From positions 12,475 to 76,474 of the forward strand of contig OMSO01000014.1 in the NCBI GenBank assembly GCA_900313675.1: a stretch of DNA of 64,000 nucleotides. Reading direction: 5' to 3'. The notes beneath the pieces were generated by a model that ran no database searches, had not been told where the DNA came from, and saw only the letters and a program-made list of their open reading frames with translations. A program made the translations under genes and the position numbers. This document shows positions 12,215 to 21,778 of this stretch, piece after piece (the first letter of the stretch is position 1; each line of letters starts with the position of its first letter). Source of the DNA: an uncultured Fibrobacter sp. (GTDB taxonomy: Bacteria > Fibrobacterota > Fibrobacteria > Fibrobacterales > Fibrobacteraceae).

Positions 12215-12614
12215 ATGTCATCCAGAGCGACGAAGTCGCGAAGGATCCAGTTCAAAGGGATAGGTCGTTAGTGGTTAGGATCTAGGGGCTAGGATCTAGG
12301 GTTTAGTAAGGCTGGTCTCAAGAGGTGTCATCCTCGCCCATTCGGTAAACTCAGGGCAGGCTCCGGCGAGGATCCGCTGGATGTGGATGTTGGTGGTTAG
12401 GATCTAGGGGCTAGGATCTAGGGGCTAGGATCTAGGGGCTAGGATCTAGGGTTTAGTAAGGCTGGTCTCAAGAGGTGTCATCCTCGCTGTCATTCTGGAG
12501 CCCTGGAGCATAGCGATAGGGGATAGAATCACGAGGATCCGCTGGATGTGGATGTTGGTGGTTAGGATTTAGGGGCGGCTAGGATCTAGGATTTAGTAAA
12601 GCTGGACTCAAGAA
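12215..12614 (+). repeat. Tandem array of composite REP + heptamer units
   Basis: About 2.5 units of (TAGGATC/TAGGGGC)n-GTTTAGTAAGGCTGGTCTCAAGAGG-TGTCATCCTCG[variable loop]CGAGGATCCGCTGGATGTGGATGTTGG. Confidence 0.85.
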
Positions 12615-12624
12615 GTTTTTTTAG

Positions 12625-12710
12625 GGGCGGGAGGGGGAAGTCTCCCCCTGGCTCGCACGCGCTTGCGCTTGTTGCTCACCACCCCCTCTTGCCGGAATCG
12701 CCCCGCAGGC
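12625..12710 (-). repeat. Divergent copy of outer composite palindromic element
   Basis: Reverse complement GAGGGGGTGG..[stem]..GCCAGGGGGAGACTTCCCCCT. Confidence 0.55.
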
Positions 12711-12727
12711 AGCCTCGGGTATAAAAA

Positions 12728-12754
12728 ATCCCGCTTTCTTGCAGAAAGCGGGAT
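12728..12754 (-). terminator. Terminator of tRNA-Thr
   Basis: ATCCCGCTTTCT-TGC-AGAAAGCGGGAT hairpin followed by a T-run on the minus strand. Confidence 0.8.
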
Positions 12755-12759
12755 CTTCG

Positions 12760-12832
12760 AGCCACCCAGCAGATTTGAACTGCCGACCTGCTGATTACGA
12801 ATCAGCTGCTCTACCAGCTGAGCTAGAGTGGC
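12760..12832 (-). tRNA. tRNA-Thr(CGT)
   Basis: GCCACTCTAGCTCAGCTGGTAGAGCA-GCTGA TTCGTAA TCAGC-AGGTCGGCAGTTCAAATCTGCTGGGTGGCT; no encoded CCA. Confidence 0.95.
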
Positions 12833-12950
12833 GTTGCGGGCTCAAAGATAGCAACAGGCCCTTTTTTTGTCAATATCGGGGCTGTTCCGGTTGGCAAGAT
12901 TCCCGAATTTTTCTATGATTGCTCACAAAATTTCAAAATGGATGCATATT

Positions 12951-13637
12951 ATGGCTAACGAAGCAAATGCGAACAACTCTGAAATCAAGGAATTTTTTGT
13001 CCATCACGGCACCAAGGTCGTAGTGGCCCTGGTGGTCATTCTCGCCGTAGTGGCGGGCGTGGTCCAGCTGAAGGATTCCCGCAAGGCCGCCGCCGCCGAA
13101 CAGACCGAACTTCTGGGTGCGGGCATGACCATGCTCTACGCCAACGATAAGGACAACGCCCTCGCAGAATTTGAATCCAAGATCAACAGCCGTTCCCTGG
13201 AAGGCCTGGCTCTTGCCAAGGCATGCCTCTATGCGGGCAACATCAAGTACGAAAAGGGTGACCTGGACGGTGCCGCCGCCTTGTTCCAGAAGTCTTTGGA
13301 CAACGCCGGTTCTGTGGTGCTGGTTCGCTCTGCCGCCCTCCACGGTCTTGCCTCCGTGAAGATGGAAAAAGAAGACTACGCCGCCGCCGCCAACCTGCTG
13401 GAAAAGTATGTGAGCGAGTTCGGCAAGCGCACCGGCGACAAGGAAGACCGCTTCCAGAAAGAAGAACCTGTGGACGAGGCCCCCATGGTGGCCGACGCCA
13501 TGTGGAAGCTTACGCTGGTCTATCAGCAGCAGGGTCTTGACGCCAAGGCCAAGAACACCGCCGAACGCCTGCTGGAAGTTTACGGCGACAACCAGAACTA
13601 CGCCGACAAGGCCCAGAAGTTCCTGGCTTCTCTGTAG
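12951..13637 (+). CDS. Membrane-anchored TPR protein (YfgM-like)
   Basis: Single N-terminal TM followed by TPR-like helices; ATG 12951 chosen. Confidence 0.75.
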   Translation: MANEANANNSEIKEFFVHHGTKVVVALVVILAVVAGVVQLKDSRKAAAAEQTELLGAGMTMLYANDKDNALAEFESKINSRSLEGLALAKACLYAGNIKYEKGDLDGAAALFQKSLDNAGSVVLVRSAALHGLASVKMEKEDYAAAANLLEKYVSEFGKRTGDKEDRFQKEEPVDEAPMVADAMWKLTLVYQQQGLDAKAKNTAERLLEVYGDNQNYADKAQKFLASL

Positions 13638-13663
13638 TTCCGAAACGGTTCATTCAGTGTAAT

Positions 13664-13757
13664 TGTCATGCCCGCCACCGTGCGGGCATCTCCTTTATGA
13701 CGCCCCCAGGCAGAGTTCACTTGTCATCCTGAGCCACGTATGTGGCGAAGGATCCAG
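13664..13757 (+). repeat. Two TGTCAT-type REPs
   Basis: TGTCATGCCCGC..GCGGGCATCTCC and TGTCATCCTGAGCCACGTATGTGGCGAAGGATCCAG. Confidence 0.75.
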
Positions 13758-13768
13758 GCCCGAAGAAT

Positions 13769-14326
13769 TTATTCCTTCAGTATGGCCCTGAGCTCGTCCG
13801 CCGCACGTTCCAGGTCGTCGTTCACGATGGTGTATTCGTACTTGCCCTTGGTCTTCGCGAACTCCATCTCTTTCTTGGCGTTGTGGAGTCGGGTCTGGAT
13901 GACCTCTTCGGAATCGGTTCCGCGGCCCCGGAGCCTGCGTTCCAGTTCCTCTTCGCTGGGCGGCAAAATCAAGATGCCCGTGGCATCGGGATAGACCTTG
14001 TCGAAGTTCACCTTGCCGAAAACGTCCAGGTCAAAGAGAACCCGCTTGCCCTGCTTGAGCATGTCTTCTACAAAACTCTTGGGCGTGCCGTAGTAGTTCC
14101 CGTGGACCAGGTTGTATTCCACCAGGGCGTCGTCCTTGATCATCTGCTCGAACTCTTCCTTGGTCTTGAAAAAGTAGTGGACCCCGTTCACTTCGCCTTC
14201 GCGGGGGGCGCGGGTGGTGGCGGAGATGGAATACACGATGTCGGGGAACTCCCCGATGACCTTGTCCTTCAGGGTGGTCTTGCCTGCGCCGCTGGCGGCG
14301 CTCATCACGAACAGCTTGGATTTCAT
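13769..14326 (-). CDS. gmk: Guanylate kinase
   Basis: SAASGAGKTT, SATTRAPREGEVNGVHYFF, YYGT. Confidence 0.96.
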   Translation of the reverse strand: MKSKLFVMSAASGAGKTTLKDKVIGEFPDIVYSISATTRAPREGEVNGVHYFFKTKEEFEQMIKDDALVEYNLVHGNYYGTPKSFVEDMLKQGKRVLFDLDVFGKVNFDKVYPDATGILILPPSEEELERRLRGRGTDSEEVIQTRLHNAKKEMEFAKTKGKYEYTIVNDDLERAADELRAILKE

Positions 14327-15234
14327 TTTTTATCCTCAATATACAACGGTCTCTGCTTGACTTCGTCGTAGATGCGGCCGATGTATTCGCCCAAGATTCC
14401 GATGGAAATGAGCTGCACTCCGGCAAAGAACACGATGGCCGTCATGAGGGATGCCCAGCCCGGCACCGTGGTGGCGGGGGAGAGGATTTTTTCCAGGATG
14501 GACCAGACGAAAACGCCGAAGGCAACGAGGGTGGCGAACAGTCCGATGTAGAAACTGACTTTCAGCGGGGCGGAACTGAATCCGGTGATGCCATCCCCTG
14601 CCAGGTGGAGCATCTTGCGCAGGGGGTATTTGGACGAACCTGCTGTGCGTTCGGCACGGTCATACTTGACGCCGATTTTCTTGAAACCTACCCAGCATAC
14701 GAGCCCGCGCAAGAAACGGCTCCGTTCAGGCAGGTTTTTCAGCTGGTCTACCACGCAGCGGTCCATCAGGCGGAAATCGCCGGTGTCGGGAGGAATCTCG
14801 ATGTTGGTAAGCTTTCCGATGAGTCTGTAGAAGCAGTAGGCGGTAAAGCGCTTGAAGATGGTTTCACCCTTGCGCTTGTTACGTTGTGCGTAAACCACCT
14901 GGTAACCTTCACGCCATTTCTCGAGCATCTCGTGGATGAGGGCGGGAGGGTCCTGCAGGTCTCCATCGATAATGACTACCGCATCACCTTGGGCGTGGTC
15001 CAGCCCGGCGCTGAAGGCAGCCTGGTGCCCGAAATTTCGGCTGAAGTTCACCAACTTGTTGGCGGACCCTGCAGGAATCAGCCCTTCCAGGATTTCTCGG
15101 GTGCGGTCCTTGGAACCGTCGTTCACGAAAATCAGCTCGTGCTCGATTTCCTTGAGTTCTTCTTCTAGAACCCGGTAGGTTTCGGCAACGATTTCTTCTT
15201 CGTTATAGACGGGGATGATGACGGACAGGAGCAT
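14323..15234 (-). CDS. GT2 polyprenol-phosphate glycosyltransferase (GtrB-like)
   Basis: VNDGSKD, FSRNFGHQAA, IDGDLQDPP, two C-terminal TMs. Confidence 0.9.
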   Translation of the reverse strand: MLLSVIIPVYNEEEIVAETYRVLEEELKEIEHELIFVNDGSKDRTREILEGLIPAGSANKLVNFSRNFGHQAAFSAGLDHAQGDAVVIIDGDLQDPPALIHEMLEKWREGYQVVYAQRNKRKGETIFKRFTAYCFYRLIGKLTNIEIPPDTGDFRLMDRCVVDQLKNLPERSRFLRGLVCWVGFKKIGVKYDRAERTAGSSKYPLRKMLHLAGDGITGFSSAPLKVSFYIGLFATLVAFGVFVWSILEKILSPATTVPGWASLMTAIVFFAGVQLISIGILGEYIGRIYDEVKQRPLYIEDKK

Positions 15235-15238
15235 GATT

Positions 15239-15274
15239 TTAGGTGATAGGTATTAGGTTTTAGGTACTAGGTTG
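15239..15274. repeat. 7-bp TAGGTNN tandem repeat
   Basis: TAGGTGA TAGGTAT TAGGTTT TAGGTAC TAGGTTG. Confidence 0.7.
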
Positions 15275-15386
15275 GACGATCTCAAGAGAATTTAACAATA
15301 AAAATAATAATTAAAAAGAGAAATCTGAAAAAGCGCCTTTATACAATAATTATTGTACCTAATAACTCAGAATTGCGACGAAGCCG

Positions 15387-17975
15387 CTACGGTATCAGTA
15401 CTGGATTCACGAAGTCCACGTGGCTGCAGTCGATGCTTCCCTTGGCCATCGTTTTGAGGGTGAGTTTTTGCACCCCTTCGATGTTGGCAGTCAGAGTGTG
15501 GAGGCTCCCGGCCTTGAACACCGGTGTTTCGGCAAGCACGTTGCCGTCGCCCAGCACCTGCACGGACACGCCTTCGCTGCAGAGGGATTCGTCGTCCAGG
15601 CCAGCTCCCGTGCGGAAGGTCTTGAACGCTCCCGCAATACCATAGACGGTTTCGGAGGCGGCGTGGGTGGCAATCCCGTTTTCAAAGACCTGCCCGTTGA
15701 TAGTCAGGGGCTTGCCCTCGATGCTCTTGTTCATGCCTATGTTGCCCCATTCCTGCTTGTGGGATTCGGGCTGTAAATCTGTCAGCTTCTTGACGCCGTT
15801 CCCTTCGTTGAAGAAGGTCTTGTTCACCTGGGCCAGGACCTTGTTGCCGTCCAAGACAATATAGCGGAAGGTGTTGTAGCCGGGCTGCAGCTTGTCGTAA
15901 CTTATCAAGATGTTGTATTCTCCGGGAACGAAGACGGTATCCTTCAGCAGGACCCTGTCGTGCACGATCCGGAGAGTCCAGTTTTTGGGAGCGCCCCTCT
16001 GTTCTATGAGTTTGAAATTCAGGAGTAGCGGGGATTCGCTTGGATTTATCGCAGCGCTGTCGCCTGTAGTTACGGCGGCACTGTCATTTGCCGGAGCGAC
16101 CACACCTCTCGTAGGTTCGGAAACCTGGATGATGTTCGTGGGGTCGTAGTTCTTGCGTCCGTTGAACTTTGCAATCTGTACCCAGTAGTTGTTGGTAATC
16201 AATACGTTCTTGACCCCTTCCAGGTCCATTTCCCGTTCGAACACGTCGCAGGTGGTGGCAATTCTGTGTTCCACCGCCTTCTTGTGGTAGGTTTGGCTGT
16301 CCCAGCAGTCCAGGCCGCGGATGTAATAGACCTCGCCGTTGTACTTGTCCAGCAGTTCCTTGATCTTGCTGTCGTTCATCTGGCGGACCTTGTCGTAGTG
16401 GTAGGCGGATACGCCGTAGGCGATAAAGTGCCAGGGCCTGCCGTAGATAAACAGCTTGTTTGTGGGTTGCTGTTCGTTCAGCCATTTCCAGATTTCCTGC
16501 TCCTCGGTGGTCAGGTGGTTCCGGTTATACATGATGTTCTTGTTGAAGTCCGGCTTGTAATGGAAAGTCCAGCCCGCAAAGAGGAGTGTAAAGAGAAGTC
16601 CCAGTACAAGCACCGCCGAGGTCTGCTTCTTGGTCTTGGAGTCCGTACCGAAATATTCAATCAGGTGGGCTACTGGCAGGGCCGCCAAAAAAGCCATGCT
16701 GGGAATCATCACCAGGCTATAGCGCTGGTTGATTTCGATGCCGAAGTCGCCGGACACGTTTTCCAGAATCATGTAGGTCTGGATATGGTACAGGGCGAGG
16801 AACACGAGAACTTCCAGGTAGAACTTGTTGCCCTTGCGGAAATCCATGACGGCGCGGTAAATCAGGTACAAAAGCCCGGCAAGGAACAGCCAGTTGAAAT
16901 AGGTGAGGAAGGGGTTTACAAGTTCGCCCTTGTCGTTCAAGGGCTTGGTCATGACTTTCCAGTTGTTCACCAGGTCTTCGATAAAGTGCCCGTGGGCAGA
17001 GAACTCACCGCCCTGGAATCCGAACCCCTGGAAATAACTGATGGTGAGCAGTGCCGGTACCGAGAACAGGGAAAGCACCACGAAAAAGACGGGAGCCTTG
17101 AAATCTTTCTTGTCCAGCATTTTCGGCAGGGCAAACAGGATAAAGGGCAGCAGGCAGAAAACCGTCTCTTGGCGGGTCTGGGCAAAGAAGGCGAGGGTGA
17201 GGGCGAGGAGCGCCCAGTGCCGGACAGTGTTGCGGTCAAAGGCCCAGCGGAACACCAGCAGGGAAAGGGCCGAAAGGAAAATGTACAGGGGCTCTACCGA
17301 CATGGCACGGAATTGGAAAAGTACCGTAGGCTGTAGCGCCATGAGTAGGGCTGCAAAGAACGCCAGCAGGGGCTGCCTTGTCCAGGCCACGATGGCGAGG
17401 AACATCAAGAGGAAGGTGAGGGGAAGCATCAGCAGTTCGCCCTTGAAAATCCAGTGCAGGTCGTTTCCCAGCAGGGGCATGCCCAACGTGTAGAGGAACG
17501 CAAGTCCCTTGGTCTTGAAGCTGTTGCTCTTGTTGGTGCAGTTCAGCGTACCGTTTTCGAATTCGCCCTGGTTGCAAGTTCCGGATTCGTGATTGAGGTA
17601 CATGTTCTGGGCTACCGACATGAACACGCTTTCGTCGCTCTGGACCCTGTGCCGAGCCTCTATCTGGGTGCCCGCGAAGACGGCAATGGCGATGGCCGAA
17701 ATCAGGGCGGCAAGGGCGATGGGCTTTTCGGGGAGGATTCCCTTCAGCCATTCACGAAAGTCCTTGTTCAGGGAGACAAACAGGGCAATTCCTGCCACCA
17801 GCTGCACGATAAAGAGGGGGAGGGGCAGGTTCAGGTCCAAAATGCGGATGGTGTCCTTGTGGCCCACGTTAGGGCCCAGGTAGATAAGGAAGGGAATAGC
17901 CAGGGCTATAACGAGCCCGATAATTCCTGCGGGATGTAGTAAGTTCTTGAGTAGCAACGAAATAAAGTTTTTCAT
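15387..17975 (-). CDS. Polytopic membrane protein (GT-C/PMT-like) with C-terminal NPCBM/NEW2 domain
   Basis: QSDE motif in first loop, about 11 TMs, C-terminal QEWG...NKSIEGKPLTINGQVFENGIATHA..F..GAGLDD. Confidence 0.75.
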   Translation of the reverse strand: MKNFISLLLKNLLHPAGIIGLVIALAIPFLIYLGPNVGHKDTIRILDLNLPLPLFIVQLVAGIALFVSLNKDFREWLKGILPEKPIALAALISAIAIAVFAGTQIEARHRVQSDESVFMSVAQNMYLNHESGTCNQGEFENGTLNCTNKSNSFKTKGLAFLYTLGMPLLGNDLHWIFKGELLMLPLTFLLMFLAIVAWTRQPLLAFFAALLMALQPTVLFQFRAMSVEPLYIFLSALSLLVFRWAFDRNTVRHWALLALTLAFFAQTRQETVFCLLPFILFALPKMLDKKDFKAPVFFVVLSLFSVPALLTISYFQGFGFQGGEFSAHGHFIEDLVNNWKVMTKPLNDKGELVNPFLTYFNWLFLAGLLYLIYRAVMDFRKGNKFYLEVLVFLALYHIQTYMILENVSGDFGIEINQRYSLVMIPSMAFLAALPVAHLIEYFGTDSKTKKQTSAVLVLGLLFTLLFAGWTFHYKPDFNKNIMYNRNHLTTEEQEIWKWLNEQQPTNKLFIYGRPWHFIAYGVSAYHYDKVRQMNDSKIKELLDKYNGEVYYIRGLDCWDSQTYHKKAVEHRIATTCDVFEREMDLEGVKNVLITNNYWVQIAKFNGRKNYDPTNIIQVSEPTRGVVAPANDSAAVTTGDSAAINPSESPLLLNFKLIEQRGAPKNWTLRIVHDRVLLKDTVFVPGEYNILISYDKLQPGYNTFRYIVLDGNKVLAQVNKTFFNEGNGVKKLTDLQPESHKQEWGNIGMNKSIEGKPLTINGQVFENGIATHAASETVYGIAGAFKTFRTGAGLDDESLCSEGVSVQVLGDGNVLAETPVFKAGSLHTLTANIEGVQKLTLKTMAKGSIDCSHVDFVNPVLIP

Positions 17976-18125
17976 GTTGTTCGAAAAATTTCGGGGTTCT
18001 TTTTTTGAATTTACTCAAATATAATTTTTTCTCATATAGGGGCTCTGCGGCCCTAGAATACCTTGAGAAAATGGCCCAAAAAAACTAGATTTGGGGCGCA
18101 AAAATTATACCCAAAGAGGCCCGTC

Positions 18126-20198
18126 GTGCAAGACTCATTAGTTACCAAAGCCGCAGACAATGTCCGTATCCTTTCCGCCGCCATGGTCCAAAAGGCCAAG
18201 TCCGGTCACCCGGGTGGCGCCATGGGAGCTGCCGACGCCATAACGCTTCTCTATTCCGAGTTCTTGCGCTTCGACCCCGACGATCCGAACTGGATGGCCC
18301 GCGACCGGTTCTTTATGGACCCCGGCCACATGAGCCCGCTCCTCTATTCCGAACTGGCCCTGGTGGGTCGGCTCACCATGGACGACATCAAGAATTTCCG
18401 CCAGCTGGGTTCCCGCACGCCGGGCCACCCCGAGGTAGATGTGGCTCTCGGTATCGAGAATTCTTCGGGCCCTCTCGGCATTGGTCACGGCATCGCCCTG
18501 GGTGCGGCCATTGCGGAACGCTTCATGGTGGAACGTTTCGGCAAGATTCTGGAACACAAGACGGTGTGCCTGGTTTCTGACGGCGGCCTCGAAGAGGAAA
18601 TCGCCTACGGCGTGGGCCGTATCGCTGGCCACCTCAAGCTTTCCAACCTGATTTTCTTCTACGACGCGAACCAGGTGCAGCTGAGCTGCAAGACCGAAGA
18701 GGTCATGAGCCACGACTTTGTGGCCCAGTACGAGTCCTGGGGATTCCGCGTCATCGAATGCGACGGCAGCGACATCGCCGAACTCCGCAAGGCCTTCAAG
18801 GCGGCCTGGGCCGAAACGGAACGCCCGGTGCTCGTCTATGGCCATACCACTATGGCCAAGGGCGCCGTCGCCGAAGACGGACGCAGCTACGAAGGCGAGG
18901 TCAGCACTCACGGTCAGCCCCTGAATGCTGCCGGCGCTTCTACCGAAGCTACCGTCAAGAACCTGGGCGGCAATCCCGAAGACCCGTTCCAGATTTTCGA
19001 CGACGTGAAGGCCGGTTTCGAGGCCCGCAAGCAGGAACTTCGCGGTATCGCCGCCGAATGGAAAAAGCAGAAGGCCGAATGGGACAAGAAGAACGCCGAA
19101 AAGTCCGCCACCCTGAACGAATGGCTCTCCGGCAAGGCTCCCAAGCTGGACCTGTCGAAACTCCCCGTCAAGGAAGGCGTGGCCACCCGCGTTACCAGCG
19201 GTACGGTGCTGGGCTACCTGGCCGAAAATTACCACAACATCATCTGCAGTTCCGCAGACCTTTCCAACTCCGACAACACCCAGGCCTTCCTCAACAAGAC
19301 GGGCATTTTCCGCCCGAACGATTTCAAGGGGGCCTTTGTGCAGGTGGGCGTGGCGGAACTGACCATGGGCGCTATCTGTAACGGTATCGCCCTGCATGGC
19401 GGGCTCTACCCGATTTGCGCCACATTCTTTGTGTTCAGCGACTTCATGAAGCCCGCCATCCGTATGGCGGCTCTCATGGGACTCCCCGTGAAGTACGTGT
19501 TCACTCACGACAGTTTCCGCGTGGGCGAAGACGGCCCCACACACCAGCCTATCGAACACGAAACTCAGATTCGCCTGCTGGAAGACCTCAAGAAGGAAAA
19601 CGGCAAGTCCGAGATGCTGGTGCTCCGCCCGGCAGACGCCTTCGAGACTCTGGCAGCCTGGGAAATGGCTTTCGAAAACAACGACAGCCCCACGGCTCTT
19701 ATTTTGACCCGTCAGGTGGTGAAGAGCCTCCCCGGCGAAAACCGCTACGAAGCCGCCAAGGCCTGCCGTAAGGGTGCCTACATTGTAAGCGACAACACCG
19801 CCGCCGGCGAAAAGCCGGACCTGACCTTCGTGGCCAACGGTTCCGACGTGCTGCTGGAACATGAAGCCGCCGAAGTCCTCCGCGGCGAAGGCAAGAAGGT
19901 CCGCGTGGTTTCTATGATCAGCCCGGCCCTGTTCCTCTCTCAGCCCAAGGATTTCCGCGACAAGATTCTGGTGCCCTGGACCCCGGTGTTCGCTTTGAGC
20001 AGTGGTCTTCCGGTGCTGTTCGATCGTGTGGTGGGCGGCTTTGGAAAGGCCTGCGGTCTGGAACGCTTTGGCGCTTCCGCTCCGGCCAGCGTGCTGGAGA
20101 AGGAATTCGGCTACGTGCCCGAGGCCGTGGTCAAGGCCGCCAAGGAATACCTGGCAGAATTCGCCCAGAACGTGGCAGATTTTAAGGCTAAGAATTAG
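18126..20198 (+). CDS. tkt: Transketolase
   Basis: KSGHPGGAMG, TPGHPE, THDSFRVGEDGPTHQP; GTG start after AGAGG. Confidence 0.95.
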   Translation: MQDSLVTKAADNVRILSAAMVQKAKSGHPGGAMGAADAITLLYSEFLRFDPDDPNWMARDRFFMDPGHMSPLLYSELALVGRLTMDDIKNFRQLGSRTPGHPEVDVALGIENSSGPLGIGHGIALGAAIAERFMVERFGKILEHKTVCLVSDGGLEEEIAYGVGRIAGHLKLSNLIFFYDANQVQLSCKTEEVMSHDFVAQYESWGFRVIECDGSDIAELRKAFKAAWAETERPVLVYGHTTMAKGAVAEDGRSYEGEVSTHGQPLNAAGASTEATVKNLGGNPEDPFQIFDDVKAGFEARKQELRGIAAEWKKQKAEWDKKNAEKSATLNEWLSGKAPKLDLSKLPVKEGVATRVTSGTVLGYLAENYHNIICSSADLSNSDNTQAFLNKTGIFRPNDFKGAFVQVGVAELTMGAICNGIALHGGLYPICATFFVFSDFMKPAIRMAALMGLPVKYVFTHDSFRVGEDGPTHQPIEHETQIRLLEDLKKENGKSEMLVLRPADAFETLAAWEMAFENNDSPTALILTRQVVKSLPGENRYEAAKACRKGAYIVSDNTAAGEKPDLTFVANGSDVLLEHEAAEVLRGEGKKVRVVSMISPALFLSQPKDFRDKILVPWTPVFALSSGLPVLFDRVVGGFGKACGLERFGASAPASVLEKEFGYVPEAVVKAAKEYLAEFAQNVADFKAKN

Positions 20199-20240
20199 TT
20201 AGAGGCTAGGATTTAGAGACTAGGATCTAGAGAGAAATTT

Positions 20241-20272
20241 AGGTCGCGGGTTGTCCGCGACCTTTTCTTTTT
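20241..20272 (+). terminator. Terminator after tkt
   Basis: AGGTCGCGG-GTTGT-CCGCGACCT followed by a T-run. Confidence 0.75.
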
Positions 20273-20305
20273 GCTTTTGCGCAAGTTCATGAGAATGTGG
20301 CAACT

Positions 20306-20341
20306 TGTCATTGCGAAGGGCCTTGGCCCTGAAGCAATCTC
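20306..20341 (+). repeat. TGTCAT-type REP variant
   Basis: TGTCATTGCGAAGGGCCTTGGCCCTGAAGCAATCTC. Confidence 0.7.
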
Positions 20342-20349
20342 TGTCCTGA

Positions 20350-21606
20350 CTACTTTTTCTTCTTGCCCGGCGGGCTTGGCATGAATGGGCTGCCGCCGCT
20401 GGTTTTGCCGGCTTCTGTGCGGGACTGGACTTCTTGACCCACTACCACGGAATCGCCCAGCTCTAGGCCTGCAAGGATTTGCACGTTCACGCCGTCGTTA
20501 AGGCCGGTGGTGACAGGGTGGGGGACCAGTTTGCCGTTCAGGTTTATCCAGACTTTGTCGCCGTCCGGTTTGGTCGGGCGGGTCATTCCTTTCTTCGCAC
20601 CTTTTTGCGAGGCTCCTGGGAATCCGCCTGCGGCCGCGTCTGGCGGTGGCGGCAGTCCTTCGGGCTTTGCAAAGGCGGTGCCGCCAGCAGGGTTGAACTT
20701 TAGGGCCTTTACCGGGATGGTGAGGGCGTTTTTCACTTCTTTGGTGACAATGGTGCAGGTGGCGGTCATGCCGGGGAGGAGCTTGAGTTTCGGGTTCTTG
20801 GCGTTGATGACCACCGTGTAGGTGACTACGTTGCTTGTGGTGGTGGGGCTCAGGCGGACTTCTTGCACCTTGCCCGTAAAGGTTTCGTTCTGGAAGGCAT
20901 CTACGGTGAAGGTGACCTTCTGGCCTTTTTTCACCGAGCCGATGTCCGCTTCATCTACGTCGGCCATGACCTTCATCTGCTTCAGGTCTTTTGCGATGAC
21001 GAACAGGGTGGGCGTGCTCATGGAGGCGGCCACGGTCTGGCCTACATCTACGGCCCGCTTCAGCACCACGCCGTCGATGGGGCTCTTGATGGTGGCGTAG
21101 CTCAGGTTCAGCTTGGCCTGGGCCACGTCGTTCTGGCTGCGCTCCAGGGCGTACTTGGCGGCGTTCATGTTGTATTCGGCCTGCTCCAGGTCAACGGCGC
21201 TGGCGCTGTTGGACTGTGATAGTGCCAAAATTCTCTGGTAGGTGTTGGCTTTGTACTGGTAGTCGATTTCGGCGGAATGGAGGGCGATTTCTGCCTGGTT
21301 CAGGGTGGACTGCAACTTGGACTTGTCCAGTTCCGCGATGACTTGGCCTTTTTTGACTTTGGAATTGAAGTCCACGAAGATTTCGGCGATGTCGCCTGAA
21401 ACCTGGGTGCCCACTTCCACCTGGTCCACGGGCTCCAGGGTGCCGGTGGCGGAGATGACGGTGGAAAGGGTCAGCTTGGTTACGGGGGCGCTGACAGGGA
21501 CGCCTACTTCGCTTGCCGCAGAATTTCTGAAGAAAAAGAACTTCACGCCTACGGCAATGGCCGCAAGCACAAGGAGAACGACGAGTATCTTCAGAAGTTT
21601 CTTCAT
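20350..21606 (-). CDS. Efflux periplasmic adaptor (MacA/HlyD-like MFP)
   Basis: VEVGTQVSG, VKKGQVIAELD, IKSPIDGVV, DVDEADIG, LLPGMTA. Confidence 0.92.
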   Translation of the reverse strand: MKKLLKILVVLLVLAAIAVGVKFFFFRNSAASEVGVPVSAPVTKLTLSTVISATGTLEPVDQVEVGTQVSGDIAEIFVDFNSKVKKGQVIAELDKSKLQSTLNQAEIALHSAEIDYQYKANTYQRILALSQSNSASAVDLEQAEYNMNAAKYALERSQNDVAQAKLNLSYATIKSPIDGVVLKRAVDVGQTVAASMSTPTLFVIAKDLKQMKVMADVDEADIGSVKKGQKVTFTVDAFQNETFTGKVQEVRLSPTTTSNVVTYTVVINAKNPKLKLLPGMTATCTIVTKEVKNALTIPVKALKFNPAGGTAFAKPEGLPPPPDAAAGGFPGASQKGAKKGMTRPTKPDGDKVWINLNGKLVPHPVTTGLNDGVNVQILAGLELGDSVVVGQEVQSRTEAGKTSGGSPFMPSPPGKKKK

Positions 21607-21778
21607 GGGTCGGTTGCAAAAATAAAAAGTATTCTCGTGACTAACACAAACTTTGATGCCCCGGAACCGCAATCCGTTGCATTTTTTATATTACCACCTA
21701 CCATTGAAGCGTCTTGTCTCCAGCAACCCTAAAGCCTACAACCTACAACTTCTAACCCCTAGATCCTAGCCCCTAATC

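Noticed and set aside
12272-12614. CRISPR-like appearance (constant flanks with variable inserts)
   Set aside because: Units are 120-165 bp, inserts are themselves repeat modules, there are only 2-3 units and no cas genes.
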